64,000 nt of DNA from Candidatus Eisenbergiella pullistercoris (GTDB lineage Bacteria > Bacillota > Clostridia > Lachnospirales > Lachnospiraceae), in the NCBI GenBank assembly GCA_019115665.1, contig DXDD01000156.1, forward strand, positions 10,877 to 74,876, given 5' to 3'. The translations under genes were made by a program, and so were the position numbers. The first letter of the stretch is position 1, and every line of letters begins with the position of its first letter. The notes under the pieces were generated by a model, which did no database searches, was not told where the DNA came from, and was given only the letters and a program-made list of their open reading frames with translations. Below are positions 18,091 through 27,741 of the stretch, one piece after another.

Positions 18091-20142
18091 ATGAATGCCA
18101 TGACAGAAAGACCGATCAAGACCTATCCTGGAGTACCTTATCCTATGGGCGTGTCCGCTGCCGCCGACGGGAAAGTGAATTTTGCGGCGGCCCTTCACAC
18201 AAAGGACGAATGCGGCGTGCTTTTATACCTGAAAGGGAGAAGCGCGCCCGTTCGTCTGCCTTTTTACAGGGGAAAAAAGGTGGGCAATATCTACTGTCTG
18301 CAGGCGGAGGGGCTTGCGGGCCGGGAATTCCGGTACAATTTTTATGCCGGAGATGAAATCGTTACAGATCCCTACGCAGCCGTTATCCACGGGAATGAGA
18401 AGTGGGGGAAGCGCGTGGATCCCGCTCTGGTGGGAGGCGTCTGCGCAGAGGCTTATGACTGGGGAGAGGACAGGGCCCCGATGACGCCGCTGTCTGAAAC
18501 CGTTCTCTATCTGCTGCATGTGAGGGGCTTTACCCGTCATGCGAGCTCCGGCGTGCAGAACCGGGGGACCTTTGCCGGCCTTGCGGAGAAGATCCCCTAT
18601 CTGAAGGAACTCGGCATTACGGCCGTGGAGCTGATGCCCGCTTACGAATTTCTGGAGCTGGAAACGGAAAAACGGGCGGAAGCCGGCATGGAAGAGATGA
18701 AGAAGCGCTGCATGGAGGATCCGGAGGCGGTTCAGACGCCCAGACTCAATTACTGGGGATATAAGGAAGGCTATTATTTTGCGCCCAAGTTTTCCTACGC
18801 GGCGTCCGGCCGCCCGGCGGAGGAGTTCAAGGATCTGGTAAAGGCCCTGCACGCGGAGGGGATCGAGCTGATCATGCAGTTCTATTTCCCGCCCAGGATC
18901 AAGCAGGCGCATATCCTGGAGGTGATCCGGCACTGGGTGCTGGAGTACCATGTGGACGGCTTTCATCTGATGGGCGTGCGGGTGCCGGTGGCGCTTCTTG
19001 CGACGGAGCCGATGCTGGGAAACACCAAGCTTTTTTATGAAAGCATGCCCTGCGGGGAAATTTATGAAAGAAACGAAGCGCCGGTATACAAGAATCTCGC
19101 TTCTTATAACGACGGCTTCCTGTATACGATGCGCGCCTTCCTGAAGGGGGACGAGAACATGGTTCCCGCCGCGCTTGCCTGCCTGAAGCGTAACCCGGCC
19201 CAGGAGGGCGTCATAAATTATATTACCAACTACTCCGGCTTCAGTCTGGCGGATCTGGTTTCCTATGACGGAAAGCACAACGAGGAAAACGGGGAAGACA
19301 ACCGGGACGGCTGCGACGAGAATATGAGCTGGAACTGCGGCGCGGAAGGAAAAACACGGAAAAAGTCGATCCTGCAGCTGAGGAAGAGGCAGATGAAAAA
19401 CGCAATGCTCCTTCTTCTCACCGCGCAGGGAACGCCGATGATCGTAAGCGGCGATGAATTCGGCTTCAGCCGCGGAGGAAACAACAATCCCTATTGTCAG
19501 GACAACAATGTGAACTGGCTGAACTGGAAGCTTCTGGAAGAAAACAGGGATTTCGCGGAATTTGTCCGGGAAGCAGTACGGATGAGAAAGGAGCATCCCG
19601 TCCTGCATCAGCAGGAGGAGCTGACCATGCTGGACTATCTTTCCTGCGGCTGCCCGGATCTGAGCTATCACGGGAAGGATGCCTGGCGGCTGGATATGGA
19701 CCGGTACTGCAGGACGGCCGGGGTGATGTACTGCGGCAGCTATGCGAAGACCGGAGGAGGGGAGCGCGACTGCTCCTTCTATATCGCCTACAACATGCAC
19801 TGGGAGGAGCAGGAATTCGCCCTTCCCGCACTGCCGGATACAGAGCGCTGGACCCGGCTCTGCGATACCTTTGAAGAAGAAAAAAAGCTTCCTGAGGGCG
19901 GCGCGCTTCCCGAGAGCGCCGTACAGGAGAAAGCTCCGGCGGACCGGAGCGGCGGACCGGAGGAGACCGCTGCAAAAGGAGGCGGCGGGGCGGATAAGCG
20001 TATGTCCGTTCCCGGCCGTTCAATCCGGATCCTGATCAGCCGTCCGGCTGAGCCGGAGGGCGGGGCGGCTTTGAACAGGACGGAATCTGCGCGCAGAAGG
20101 CCGAACAGAAAGAAGGCAGGAAAGGAAAGCGTTGAAAAGTAA
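18091..20142 (+). CDS. GlgX/isoamylase-like GH13 protein with degenerate catalytic motifs (alternative start 18100)
   Basis: YLLHVRGFT, LKELGITAVELMP, NYWGY, KHNEENGEDNRDG, GDEFG..GNNNPYCQDN; catalytic regions altered. Confidence 0.85.
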   Translation: MNAMTERPIKTYPGVPYPMGVSAAADGKVNFAAALHTKDECGVLLYLKGRSAPVRLPFYRGKKVGNIYCLQAEGLAGREFRYNFYAGDEIVTDPYAAVIHGNEKWGKRVDPALVGGVCAEAYDWGEDRAPMTPLSETVLYLLHVRGFTRHASSGVQNRGTFAGLAEKIPYLKELGITAVELMPAYEFLELETEKRAEAGMEEMKKRCMEDPEAVQTPRLNYWGYKEGYYFAPKFSYAASGRPAEEFKDLVKALHAEGIELIMQFYFPPRIKQAHILEVIRHWVLEYHVDGFHLMGVRVPVALLATEPMLGNTKLFYESMPCGEIYERNEAPVYKNLASYNDGFLYTMRAFLKGDENMVPAALACLKRNPAQEGVINYITNYSGFSLADLVSYDGKHNEENGEDNRDGCDENMSWNCGAEGKTRKKSILQLRKRQMKNAMLLLLTAQGTPMIVSGDEFGFSRGGNNNPYCQDNNVNWLNWKLLEENRDFAEFVREAVRMRKEHPVLHQQEELTMLDYLSCGCPDLSYHGKDAWRLDMDRYCRTAGVMYCGSYAKTGGGERDCSFYIAYNMHWEEQEFALPALPDTERWTRLCDTFEEEKKLPEGGALPESAVQEKAPADRSGGPEETAAKGGGGADKRMSVPGRSIRILISRPAEPEGGAALNRTESARRRPNRKKAGKESVEK

Positions 20143-20707
20143 CAGAAAACAGGGCGTCCGCCTGCTGTCGGGCGCCTGGAAGCATTTCAGGACGATCACA
20201 TATCATAAATATCTGGTGATGAAGGGCTGCTTTGCCGTAGGACTTTACCGGCAGGGGCTGGCCCACGACCTTTCCAAATACAGCCCGGCGGAATTCCTGG
20301 TGGGTGCAAAATATTTTCAGGGAAACCGCAGCCCCAATAACGCGGAAAGGGAGGAGAAGGGATACTCCTCCGCCTGGCTGCACCACAAGGGCAGAAACCG
20401 TCATCACTATGAATACTGGATCGATTACAGCACGGAAAATGTACCGGGCGGCATGGCTCCGGTGGAGATGCCGCCCCGTTTTGTGGCGGAGATGCTGATG
20501 GACCGGATCGCCGCTTCAAGGGTTTACCGGGGGAGCAGCTATACGGACAGAGATCCTCTGGATTATCTGCTTTCTGCAAAGGAGCCGCCCGTTATGCACG
20601 AAGAGACGAGGAAGCTTCTGCTGAAGCTTCTCACCATGCTGGCGGAGGAAGGGGAGGAAAAGACCTTTTCCTACGTCAGGACGCAGCTTCTGGGAAAAAA
20701 GCGCTGA
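20132..20707 (+). CDS. HD-like conserved protein (DUF5662-like)
   Basis: TTG start overlapping upstream stop; HDLSKY, WLHHKGRNRHHYEYW, EMLMDRIAAS. Confidence 0.75.
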   Translation: MKSNRKQGVRLLSGAWKHFRTITYHKYLVMKGCFAVGLYRQGLAHDLSKYSPAEFLVGAKYFQGNRSPNNAEREEKGYSSAWLHHKGRNRHHYEYWIDYSTENVPGGMAPVEMPPRFVAEMLMDRIAASRVYRGSSYTDRDPLDYLLSAKEPPVMHEETRKLLLKLLTMLAEEGEEKTFSYVRTQLLGKKR

Positions 20708-20779
20708 TGCGATCAGGCCGGTCAGGAAGAAACCATTTTCTTCTCCCTTACATATAGTATGGTAAAGGAGGAGAATCGC

Positions 20780-21037
20780 ATGAACTGTCTGTATTTGCTG
20801 CTGCTGTTATGCTGCTGTACGAAAAACGGAGGCTGCGGAGGCTGTGCCGCCGGAAACGGCTGTACGGCTGCCGGAAGAGACGAATGCCGCTGCGCTGTCC
20901 GCCAGGACGCCTGCGGCTGTCAGAACGATGGGGAACGCTGCCCGCACGCGGAGCCTTCCCGTCCGGCCCCGAACCCGCCGCTGCCCAGACCCTTCCCGCC
21001 CTTTGCGGATGAACCGGGATGCGGCTGCGGAGAATGA
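20780..21037 (+). CDS. Small Cys-rich, Pro-rich protein (85 aa), possibly sporulation-related
   Basis: AAAGGAGG RBS; 14 Cys; CATATAGT box at 20751; terminator follows. Confidence 0.7.
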   Translation: MNCLYLLLLLCCCTKNGGCGGCAAGNGCTAAGRDECRCAVRQDACGCQNDGERCPHAEPSRPAPNPPLPRPFPPFADEPGCGCGE

Positions 21038-21074
21038 AAAAGTGCATATGGAGCTGTAAAAAATAAGAACCGCC

Positions 21075-21112
21075 GCCCCTCTGACGCTTTCCTGTCAGAG
21101 GGGCCATTTTTT
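21075..21112 (+). terminator. Rho-independent terminator
   Basis: GCCCCTCTGAC...GTCAGAGGGGC followed by T-run. Confidence 0.8.
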
Positions 21113-21257
21113 GCGTGAAAAGCGCCGGCGTTCCTCCTGCCCCGGGCAGAAATCACAGAATTTTCACAGTTTAAACAAAATCAGGAAACAAATATCCGAT
21201 AAACTTGGAAAAGTATTTAAAGCGTTAACAAACTGACGCTTCGGTATGGAGGTAAAC

Positions 21258-22934
21258 ATGAGCGGTAAGGAGAAGGAATCCGGAAAGCACGGAAAAAAGA
21301 AGGCGGTTCTGGCGGGTATCTGCACCGTCGTTCTGCTCGCTGCGGCGGGAGGCGGAGGATATCTGTGGCTGTCAGGAGAACGGGAGGACGGACAGCAGCA
21401 GAGCGGCGTCCCGGAAGGAAATCTGAGCTTCGGCACGGAGGTGGTCACGGCCGGAGGAAGCACCTCTGTGGGCATGCAGGAGGAAAGCTTTGATCTGGAC
21501 TATATTGAGACAGAGCTGGAGATCGAAGAGGTATATCTTTCCAGTCAGGACGAGGTGGAAGCCGGCACGGCGATCCTGAAGCTGACGGATGAAAGCGTGG
21601 AAGCGGCAAGAAGAGAGCTGGAAGAAAAGGCGACGCAGGCGGATCTGGATTACCGGGAGGCGCTTCTTGACGGAGAGGAGGAAAAGATTACCGCAAAGCA
21701 GACGCTGGATACCAGCCTGCTGAACGGCACCTACGCCTCTTATACATACGAGGAATCCCTGAAGGAGAGCGAGGAGGAGATCGCTTCCCTTCAGGAACAG
21801 ATCGAGGAGGCGCAGGAGCTGGTGGACGAATATACCGCCTCCGCCGAGACGAATTATTATTATACCTACTATGAGGTGGCGGAAAAGCAGGAGGAACTGA
21901 ACGCCACTTTTGCTGCGCTGATGCAGCTTTATGAGGAATGGGACGTGGCGGAGCTGGAGGATCACAGCCAGTCGTCGGCGTCCGGCCTTTCCGCTGCGTC
22001 CGGAGATTCCTTCTCGGGAAGCGATGGCTCCGGCCAGGATGCGGCGGGAATGTCTGCCGGCGCGGAGGGAGCCGGAGGCGCGGGAGCCTTCGGAGGAGGC
22101 ATGGGAAGCGCAGGGGCCCGTGTAAGCAACGACAGCACGAAGCTCACCGTATATGAGATGCTGGATCAGGAGGTTCAGGAAAACCAGGCCGCCTATGAAG
22201 AAGCGGTGGAGAATTATGAGGAAGCCAAAGCCACGGCGGAGGCCTCCCTCGCCCAGGCGCAGACCAACCTGGAGCTTCTGAAGATCCAGCTGGAGGAAGC
22301 GCAGATCGAATACGAGAAGCAGCAGGTGAGCAGCCAGAGCGATTATGACGCGGCGGTTTCGGAAAGCAGTCTGGCACAGGAGACCTGGCAGACGGAGATC
22401 GACCGGATCGAGGATGAGATCAGCGTGGCGCAGAATAAAAAAGAGGAAGCCGACGAGAATCTGCAGGAGTTTGAGGAAACGATCGGGGACGGATATCTCT
22501 ATACCACGGCCGCAGGGACCGTGATGATGGTAAGCGCGCAGGCGGAGACGGAGCTTACGGGAGGCAGCATGGTGCTGGCCTACAGCAATCCGGATACGGT
22601 CACCGTAACGGCCTCCGTGGATCAGGAGGATATCGCGTCGGTGGAGATCGGGGAACAGGCCGTCGTTGTGGTATCGGAGTACGGAAATTATGACGGAACG
22701 GTGAGCTCGGTCAATCCGGTTTCTTCCTCATCGGGACGCTCCGGCGTGACCTATTCTGTAGTGGTGGAGCTTACGGGAGACGTGAGCGCCCTGTCCCAGA
22801 ACCTTTCCGCCACGGTATATTTCGGAGTATCCACACAGGATCTGCAGACGCAGGAGCCCGCAGCCGGCGCCGCAGCGCCTGAGGCCGCGGGGCAGGAAGC
22901 AACAGAGCGCATGACAGAAGGGAGACAGGAATGA
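21258..22934 (+). CDS. HlyD/MacA-like membrane fusion (adaptor) protein 1
   Basis: ATG after GGAGGT; N-terminal TM, lipoyl-like halves flanking a long acidic coiled coil, beta-barrel (VDQEDIASVEIGEQA). Confidence 0.82.
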   Translation: MSGKEKESGKHGKKKAVLAGICTVVLLAAAGGGGYLWLSGEREDGQQQSGVPEGNLSFGTEVVTAGGSTSVGMQEESFDLDYIETELEIEEVYLSSQDEVEAGTAILKLTDESVEAARRELEEKATQADLDYREALLDGEEEKITAKQTLDTSLLNGTYASYTYEESLKESEEEIASLQEQIEEAQELVDEYTASAETNYYYTYYEVAEKQEELNATFAALMQLYEEWDVAELEDHSQSSASGLSAASGDSFSGSDGSGQDAAGMSAGAEGAGGAGAFGGGMGSAGARVSNDSTKLTVYEMLDQEVQENQAAYEEAVENYEEAKATAEASLAQAQTNLELLKIQLEEAQIEYEKQQVSSQSDYDAAVSESSLAQETWQTEIDRIEDEISVAQNKKEEADENLQEFEETIGDGYLYTTAAGTVMMVSAQAETELTGGSMVLAYSNPDTVTVTASVDQEDIASVEIGEQAVVVVSEYGNYDGTVSSVNPVSSSSGRSGVTYSVVVELTGDVSALSQNLSATVYFGVSTQDLQTQEPAAGAAAPEAAGQEATERMTEGRQE

Positions 22935-24580
22935 AAAAGATCAGGAAAAAGACCATCCTTAAACTGGCCGCTGCGGCCGCCGTCTTCCTTTCTCTGTCCG
23001 GCGTCTGCATCTATACGGTTTTTATCCGTCCCGCGCTCATGAACCGGGTGACGGTCCTTTATAAGGAAACGCAGGTGCAGTCCGGAGATCTGGTCCAGGG
23101 GATCATGGAAAGCGGGAGCGTGGAGATGGAGGAAAGCAGCGTCGTCTATGATCTGGATATCAGCTATGACGACGAGGATGAGGATGACGACGAAGAAGAG
23201 GAAGACGAAGAAAACAGCCGGTATCTGGAGATCGAAACGGTGTACGTGGTGCAGGGACAGCGGATGGAGGAAGGAGACGCGCTGTTCGGCTTCACACAGG
23301 AGAGCATAGACGGAGTCAGAAGGAATCTGGAAAACAGCGTTTCGGAGGCCAGAGTGGATCTGGCGGAGGCGGAGAGCGAATACAATACGCAGGCGCAGAC
23401 CGCGAAAAGCACCTATAACACCTCGGTGGCGGAATCCGGCACGGCGCAGCGGAGCTATGACGCTTCCGTGAATAACCTGCAGCAGCAGATCAGCCTGCTG
23501 TATGCGGATATCCAGGTCCTGCAGGCGCAGATCGACGACTGGAATGAGAAACTGACAGACGAGGATACCCTGGAGGAATACAGCGACCTGAAGGATGAGA
23601 TGGAGCGGGCGAAGGAGCTTCTGGATGAAACGGACGGATCCTCCGTGGCTGCCTATGTGGCGAATTATGAGGATTATCAGACCGCCCTTTCCGCGTTTGA
23701 GGAACTGGACGATCAGCTTCAGAGCTATCGGGACGGGATCGAGGAAAACACGCAGGAGATCCTGGACCATAATGAGGAGATTCTGGAGGCGCAGTCGAGC
23801 CTGGAGCAGGAGGAGCTGCTTCTGAAGCAGGAATATGACAGCGCGGTGCAGAGCGGAAGCCTTGCGGGCGATATATACAGCTATACGCTGCAGTCCCTGC
23901 AGGATTCTGTGGACAGCGCGCAGCAGACGCTGGCGGATGCCCAGGAGCTGCTTGCTGATTTCGAGGCCTTTGTGGGAGAGGACGGCGTGATCCGGTCGGA
24001 TGGAAGCGGCCTGATCACACAGATCGGCTATGAGGCGGGAGACCGGCTTACCGCGGCGGGAACCATGCTTTCCTATGTGACGCAGGACGCCTGCTCCATT
24101 ACCATCGATGTCTCCGAGGAGGATATTTCCCATATTTCCGTGGGAGACACCGTGACCATAGAAATGACCGCCTATCCGGACGAGGAATGGGAGGGAACGG
24201 TCAGCGCCGTCACCACCTCGGCGGACAGCGAATACTCCGCCACGGTCAATTATCCGGTCACCATCCATGTGGAGGGGGATACCTCCAGGATCTACGGCGG
24301 AATGACGGCGGATATCACCTTTGTGACGGACAGCGTGGAGAATGTCCTTTATGTGGACGCCGGCGCTGTCGTTTCCGGAGAGGACGGCAGCACCTCCGTT
24401 TATGTGAAGGACGCGGAGGGAAGCATGGTGCTGCAGCCGGTGGTCACCGGTTTTTCCAACGGCACACAGACGGAGATTCTGGAAGGACTTTCCGAAGGCG
24501 ACACGGTATATATCGCCAGTACGGTCAGCGCGGGAATCGATGAAGAAAGCCTGAAAGAGACCGGAAGGGAGAATGCGTGA
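22931..24580 (+). CDS. HlyD/MacA-like membrane fusion protein 2
   Basis: TM, YVVQGQRMEEGDALF, coiled coil, VSEEDISHISVGD, TGFSNGTQTEILEGLSEGDTV. Confidence 0.85.
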   Translation: MKKIRKKTILKLAAAAAVFLSLSGVCIYTVFIRPALMNRVTVLYKETQVQSGDLVQGIMESGSVEMEESSVVYDLDISYDDEDEDDDEEEEDEENSRYLEIETVYVVQGQRMEEGDALFGFTQESIDGVRRNLENSVSEARVDLAEAESEYNTQAQTAKSTYNTSVAESGTAQRSYDASVNNLQQQISLLYADIQVLQAQIDDWNEKLTDEDTLEEYSDLKDEMERAKELLDETDGSSVAAYVANYEDYQTALSAFEELDDQLQSYRDGIEENTQEILDHNEEILEAQSSLEQEELLLKQEYDSAVQSGSLAGDIYSYTLQSLQDSVDSAQQTLADAQELLADFEAFVGEDGVIRSDGSGLITQIGYEAGDRLTAAGTMLSYVTQDACSITIDVSEEDISHISVGDTVTIEMTAYPDEEWEGTVSAVTTSADSEYSATVNYPVTIHVEGDTSRIYGGMTADITFVTDSVENVLYVDAGAVVSGEDGSTSVYVKDAEGSMVLQPVVTGFSNGTQTEILEGLSEGDTVYIASTVSAGIDEESLKETGRENA

Positions 24581-26256
24581 AAATGAAAGGAACGAGGAAG
24601 ACCGGAAAACAAAGCTCCGGAAAACGCGGGACCGGGAAGAAGAAAACGCTGATTTTCTGCATCGGCGGAGCAGCCCTTCTTCTGGCAGGCGGGGCGGCTG
24701 CCGTCCTGCTTACGCGGAACGGGGAGGATGAGACCGTATACCGGGAGGAGACGGTGCAGTACGGAGAGCTTACCGTAGGACTGCAGGAAACCGGAAGCGT
24801 AGAGGTGGGAACCACGGAACAGATCTTTGAACTGGATATGAGCGCCTATACGGAAAGCGGGGACAGCAGCTTTTCCTGGGAACAGGGCGGAGGAAACGTT
24901 TTTCAGGGGATGACGGCGGGAGGCTCCGCCTCATCCTCGTCGAGAAGCCTGACGGTGGAGGAGATTCTCATCACGGAGGGCCAGGAGGTATCGGAGGGAG
25001 AGCCCCTTTACCGGATTTCCCAGGACAGCATCGACGAGATCCGGAGCGGGCTTTCCGTGGATGTGTCCGAGGCTCAGATCACGCTGGAGCAGACGCAGAC
25101 CCAGCTTGCCATGACGCAGCTGGAGGCGCAGCAGGAATACGATACGGATACGGCGTATGACAGCGTGCTCGCCCAGGCGGAATACGACAGCACCATAAAG
25201 GAGCTGCAGGAGGCGGTCACAGAGATCGAGGAGCAGATCGCCGAGGCCAATGAAGAGCTGCTGGAATGGAATGAAAAGCTTCTGGAATACCAGACGGATC
25301 TGGAGACGGAAAAAAAGATCCTGGAAAATGCGGAATATGTGCTGGAGACCACAGAGCTGATCACGGACGCCTACGGCTGGATCACGGCGGAAAACGCCAG
25401 GGAGGACGCGGAGTCCGTGATCGAGACCCTGGAGGAAGAAATTGAGACCGCACAGGATTCCATTGCGGAGACCACGGAGGAGATCGAAGATCTGACAGAC
25501 AGCCTGACCGGAGCCAGACAGAGCCTGGAGCAGGGCGAGATCGACGCCCAGGCGCAGCTTTCCCTCAGGACGCTTGGCAGCGCAAACGCTTCCGAGCGCT
25601 ATGCCGTAAGCGTGGGTATGGGAGAGTTTGAGGCGCAGACAGCAAAGGAAGATTACGAGGAGGCGGTGGAGAAGCTGAATGAATTCGACGCCGTCTTGGG
25701 AGATCAGACCGTGAAGTCGGATTACAACGGGGTGATCACGGAGATCTCCCTTGCGGAAGGAGACAGCGTGGATACGGGAACCACGCTGGCCGTCCTGAGC
25801 GACTATGACGAGGTGACGGTGACCGTTTCCCTGGAGGAGTCGGACCTGGAAAATGTGAAAGAAGGCGATACGGTGAACGTGTATATCGACGCATGGCCGG
25901 ATGAGGAGTATTCCGGCGCGGTGGATGAGATCGGCGACGCGCAGTATGACAGCTCTACCGGGACCACCTATTCGGACGTGACCGTGAAGCTTTCCGGCGA
26001 TACCGCGAAGCTGTACGACGGGATGACGGCGGAGCTCACCTTCATCACAAAGGAAACGGAAACGGTTACCTACGTTTCCAACCGCGCTGTTTTCCGGGAA
26101 AACGGAAGATCCTATGTGCGCATGTATGATGAAAACGGAAATGTGGTCAGCGTGGAGATCGTAACGGGATTTTCGGACGGAAGCCATGTGGAAGTGACCG
26201 AGGGACTTACGGAAGGAGATACGGTTCTGATCGAAAGCGGGGTGAGCGGTTCATGA
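24577..26256 (+). CDS. HlyD/MacA-like membrane fusion protein 3
   Basis: TM, ITEGQEVSEGEPLY, coiled coil, LEESDLENVKEGD, TGFSDGSHVEVTEGLTEGDTV. Confidence 0.85.
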   Translation: MKMKGTRKTGKQSSGKRGTGKKKTLIFCIGGAALLLAGGAAAVLLTRNGEDETVYREETVQYGELTVGLQETGSVEVGTTEQIFELDMSAYTESGDSSFSWEQGGGNVFQGMTAGGSASSSSRSLTVEEILITEGQEVSEGEPLYRISQDSIDEIRSGLSVDVSEAQITLEQTQTQLAMTQLEAQQEYDTDTAYDSVLAQAEYDSTIKELQEAVTEIEEQIAEANEELLEWNEKLLEYQTDLETEKKILENAEYVLETTELITDAYGWITAENAREDAESVIETLEEEIETAQDSIAETTEEIEDLTDSLTGARQSLEQGEIDAQAQLSLRTLGSANASERYAVSVGMGEFEAQTAKEDYEEAVEKLNEFDAVLGDQTVKSDYNGVITEISLAEGDSVDTGTTLAVLSDYDEVTVTVSLEESDLENVKEGDTVNVYIDAWPDEEYSGAVDEIGDAQYDSSTGTTYSDVTVKLSGDTAKLYDGMTAELTFITKETETVTYVSNRAVFRENGRSYVRMYDENGNVVSVEIVTGFSDGSHVEVTEGLTEGDTVLIESGVSGS

Positions 26257-27674
26257 GACTGACGGAGATCTTCAGGCTCGTCTGGCTGAATCTTGCCTCC
26301 AACAAATTCAAGGTGATCCTCACCTCAACGGGGATCATCGTCGGCTCCGCCACGATCATGCTGGTGATCGCCATCGGGACCGGCGGCCGGGAAGAGGTGG
26401 CGGAGCAGTTTAAAAACCTGAACGCAGGAGCCATCGATATTACCTATGAATATCAGGGAAATGATTTCGGCGGCGGGATGCCGGGCGGCCTGTCCGGAGG
26501 AGAAGCGTCCGGGGGAGGAACGCCGGGAGGCGGAAGCATGCCGGGCGGCGGAATGCCCGGCGGCGGAGCCGGCGGGGCGGCCATGCCGCAGGGCGGAGGC
26601 GGCATGCCAGGAGGCGGAAGCATGCCGGGCGGGATGCCTGATTTCGGCTCAGGCTTTTTCGGAAGCTTTTTCGGAGGCGGACAGGAGGAGAGGAACACGG
26701 AACGGATCACCCTCTCCACGGACGATCTGGAGGATATCCTCACCTTCGTGCCGGGCGTAGAGGAGGGCTGCCTCAGCTTTACAGCCACATCCACCGTGGA
26801 CGGGGGAGAGCTGGAGGAAAGCGCCTCCTATACCATTGCGGGCGTTCAGAGCAATTACGCCGCGCTCAGCAATCTGGAGCTGGCGATGGGAGAATTTCTG
26901 GACGACGATGACGATACCTATAAGGAGAAGGTCTGCGTTCTCGGCTATGACGCGGCAAGAGAGATCTTCGGAAGCGTCTACGACGCATATAACGGAACCG
27001 TCTACATTGACAACCGACCCTATCAGGTGATCGGCGTCCTGAACGCAATGGGATCGGTCTCCTCCGGAATCAGCCCGGACAGCGCCCTTTTCATTCCCTA
27101 TGAAACGGGCCTGAAATACATGGCGGGAAACAACGTCAGCCCGACTCTGACCGTGATCGCGCAGGATGTAAACGAGGTGGAAACCGTGATCGCCAACGTG
27201 GAAACCGTTCTCGCGGAAAGCTATCCCAACGCGGAATTTACCATTTCAGATGCGGGAAGCAGGATGGAGGCCGCGTCCGCCTCCAATGACACCCTGACCA
27301 TGCTGCTGGTCTGCATGGCCGTGATCGTATTTATCGTGGGCGGGATCGGCATCATGAACGTGCTGTTTGTTTCCGTAAAGGAACGGACCAATGAGATCGG
27401 CATCCTGAAGGCGATCGGCTGTTCCAGAAGGGACATTCTGGCGGAATTCCTTCTGGAGGCGAGCTGCACCAGTCTGATCGGGGCGATTCTGGGAGTGATG
27501 CTGGCGCTGGGACTGACTCCGGCGCTGGAGCGCTTCGGCGTGACCATCGCCCTCTCCGTTTCCGGCGGCGTTCTCTCCCTGGTTTTCGGCGTCCTGACCG
27601 GAACGGTCTTCGGATTCTATCCTGCCTGGCAGGCATCCAGAATGATCCCTGTGGAGGCGCTGAATCATGAGTAA
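26253..27674 (+). CDS. MacB/FtsX-family ABC transporter permease with Gly/Met-rich insertion
   Basis: LTSTGIIVG, VGGIGIMNVLFVSVKERTNEIGILKAIG, FGFYPAWQASRMIPVEAL. Confidence 0.92.
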   Translation: MRLTEIFRLVWLNLASNKFKVILTSTGIIVGSATIMLVIAIGTGGREEVAEQFKNLNAGAIDITYEYQGNDFGGGMPGGLSGGEASGGGTPGGGSMPGGGMPGGGAGGAAMPQGGGGMPGGGSMPGGMPDFGSGFFGSFFGGGQEERNTERITLSTDDLEDILTFVPGVEEGCLSFTATSTVDGGELEESASYTIAGVQSNYAALSNLELAMGEFLDDDDDTYKEKVCVLGYDAAREIFGSVYDAYNGTVYIDNRPYQVIGVLNAMGSVSSGISPDSALFIPYETGLKYMAGNNVSPTLTVIAQDVNEVETVIANVETVLAESYPNAEFTISDAGSRMEAASASNDTLTMLLVCMAVIVFIVGGIGIMNVLFVSVKERTNEIGILKAIGCSRRDILAEFLLEASCTSLIGAILGVMLALGLTPALERFGVTIALSVSGGVLSLVFGVLTGTVFGFYPAWQASRMIPVEALNHE

Positions 27675-27741
27675 AAATGACGGCTCAGGCGCAAAACGGC
27701 ATTTTGCTGCCGGCCCGCTGCCTGAGAGAAAGGAAAAGGAA

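Noticed and set aside
20780-21037. RiPP/ranthipeptide precursor
   Set aside because: No radical SAM or other maturase nearby, and a terminator separates it from the exporter operon
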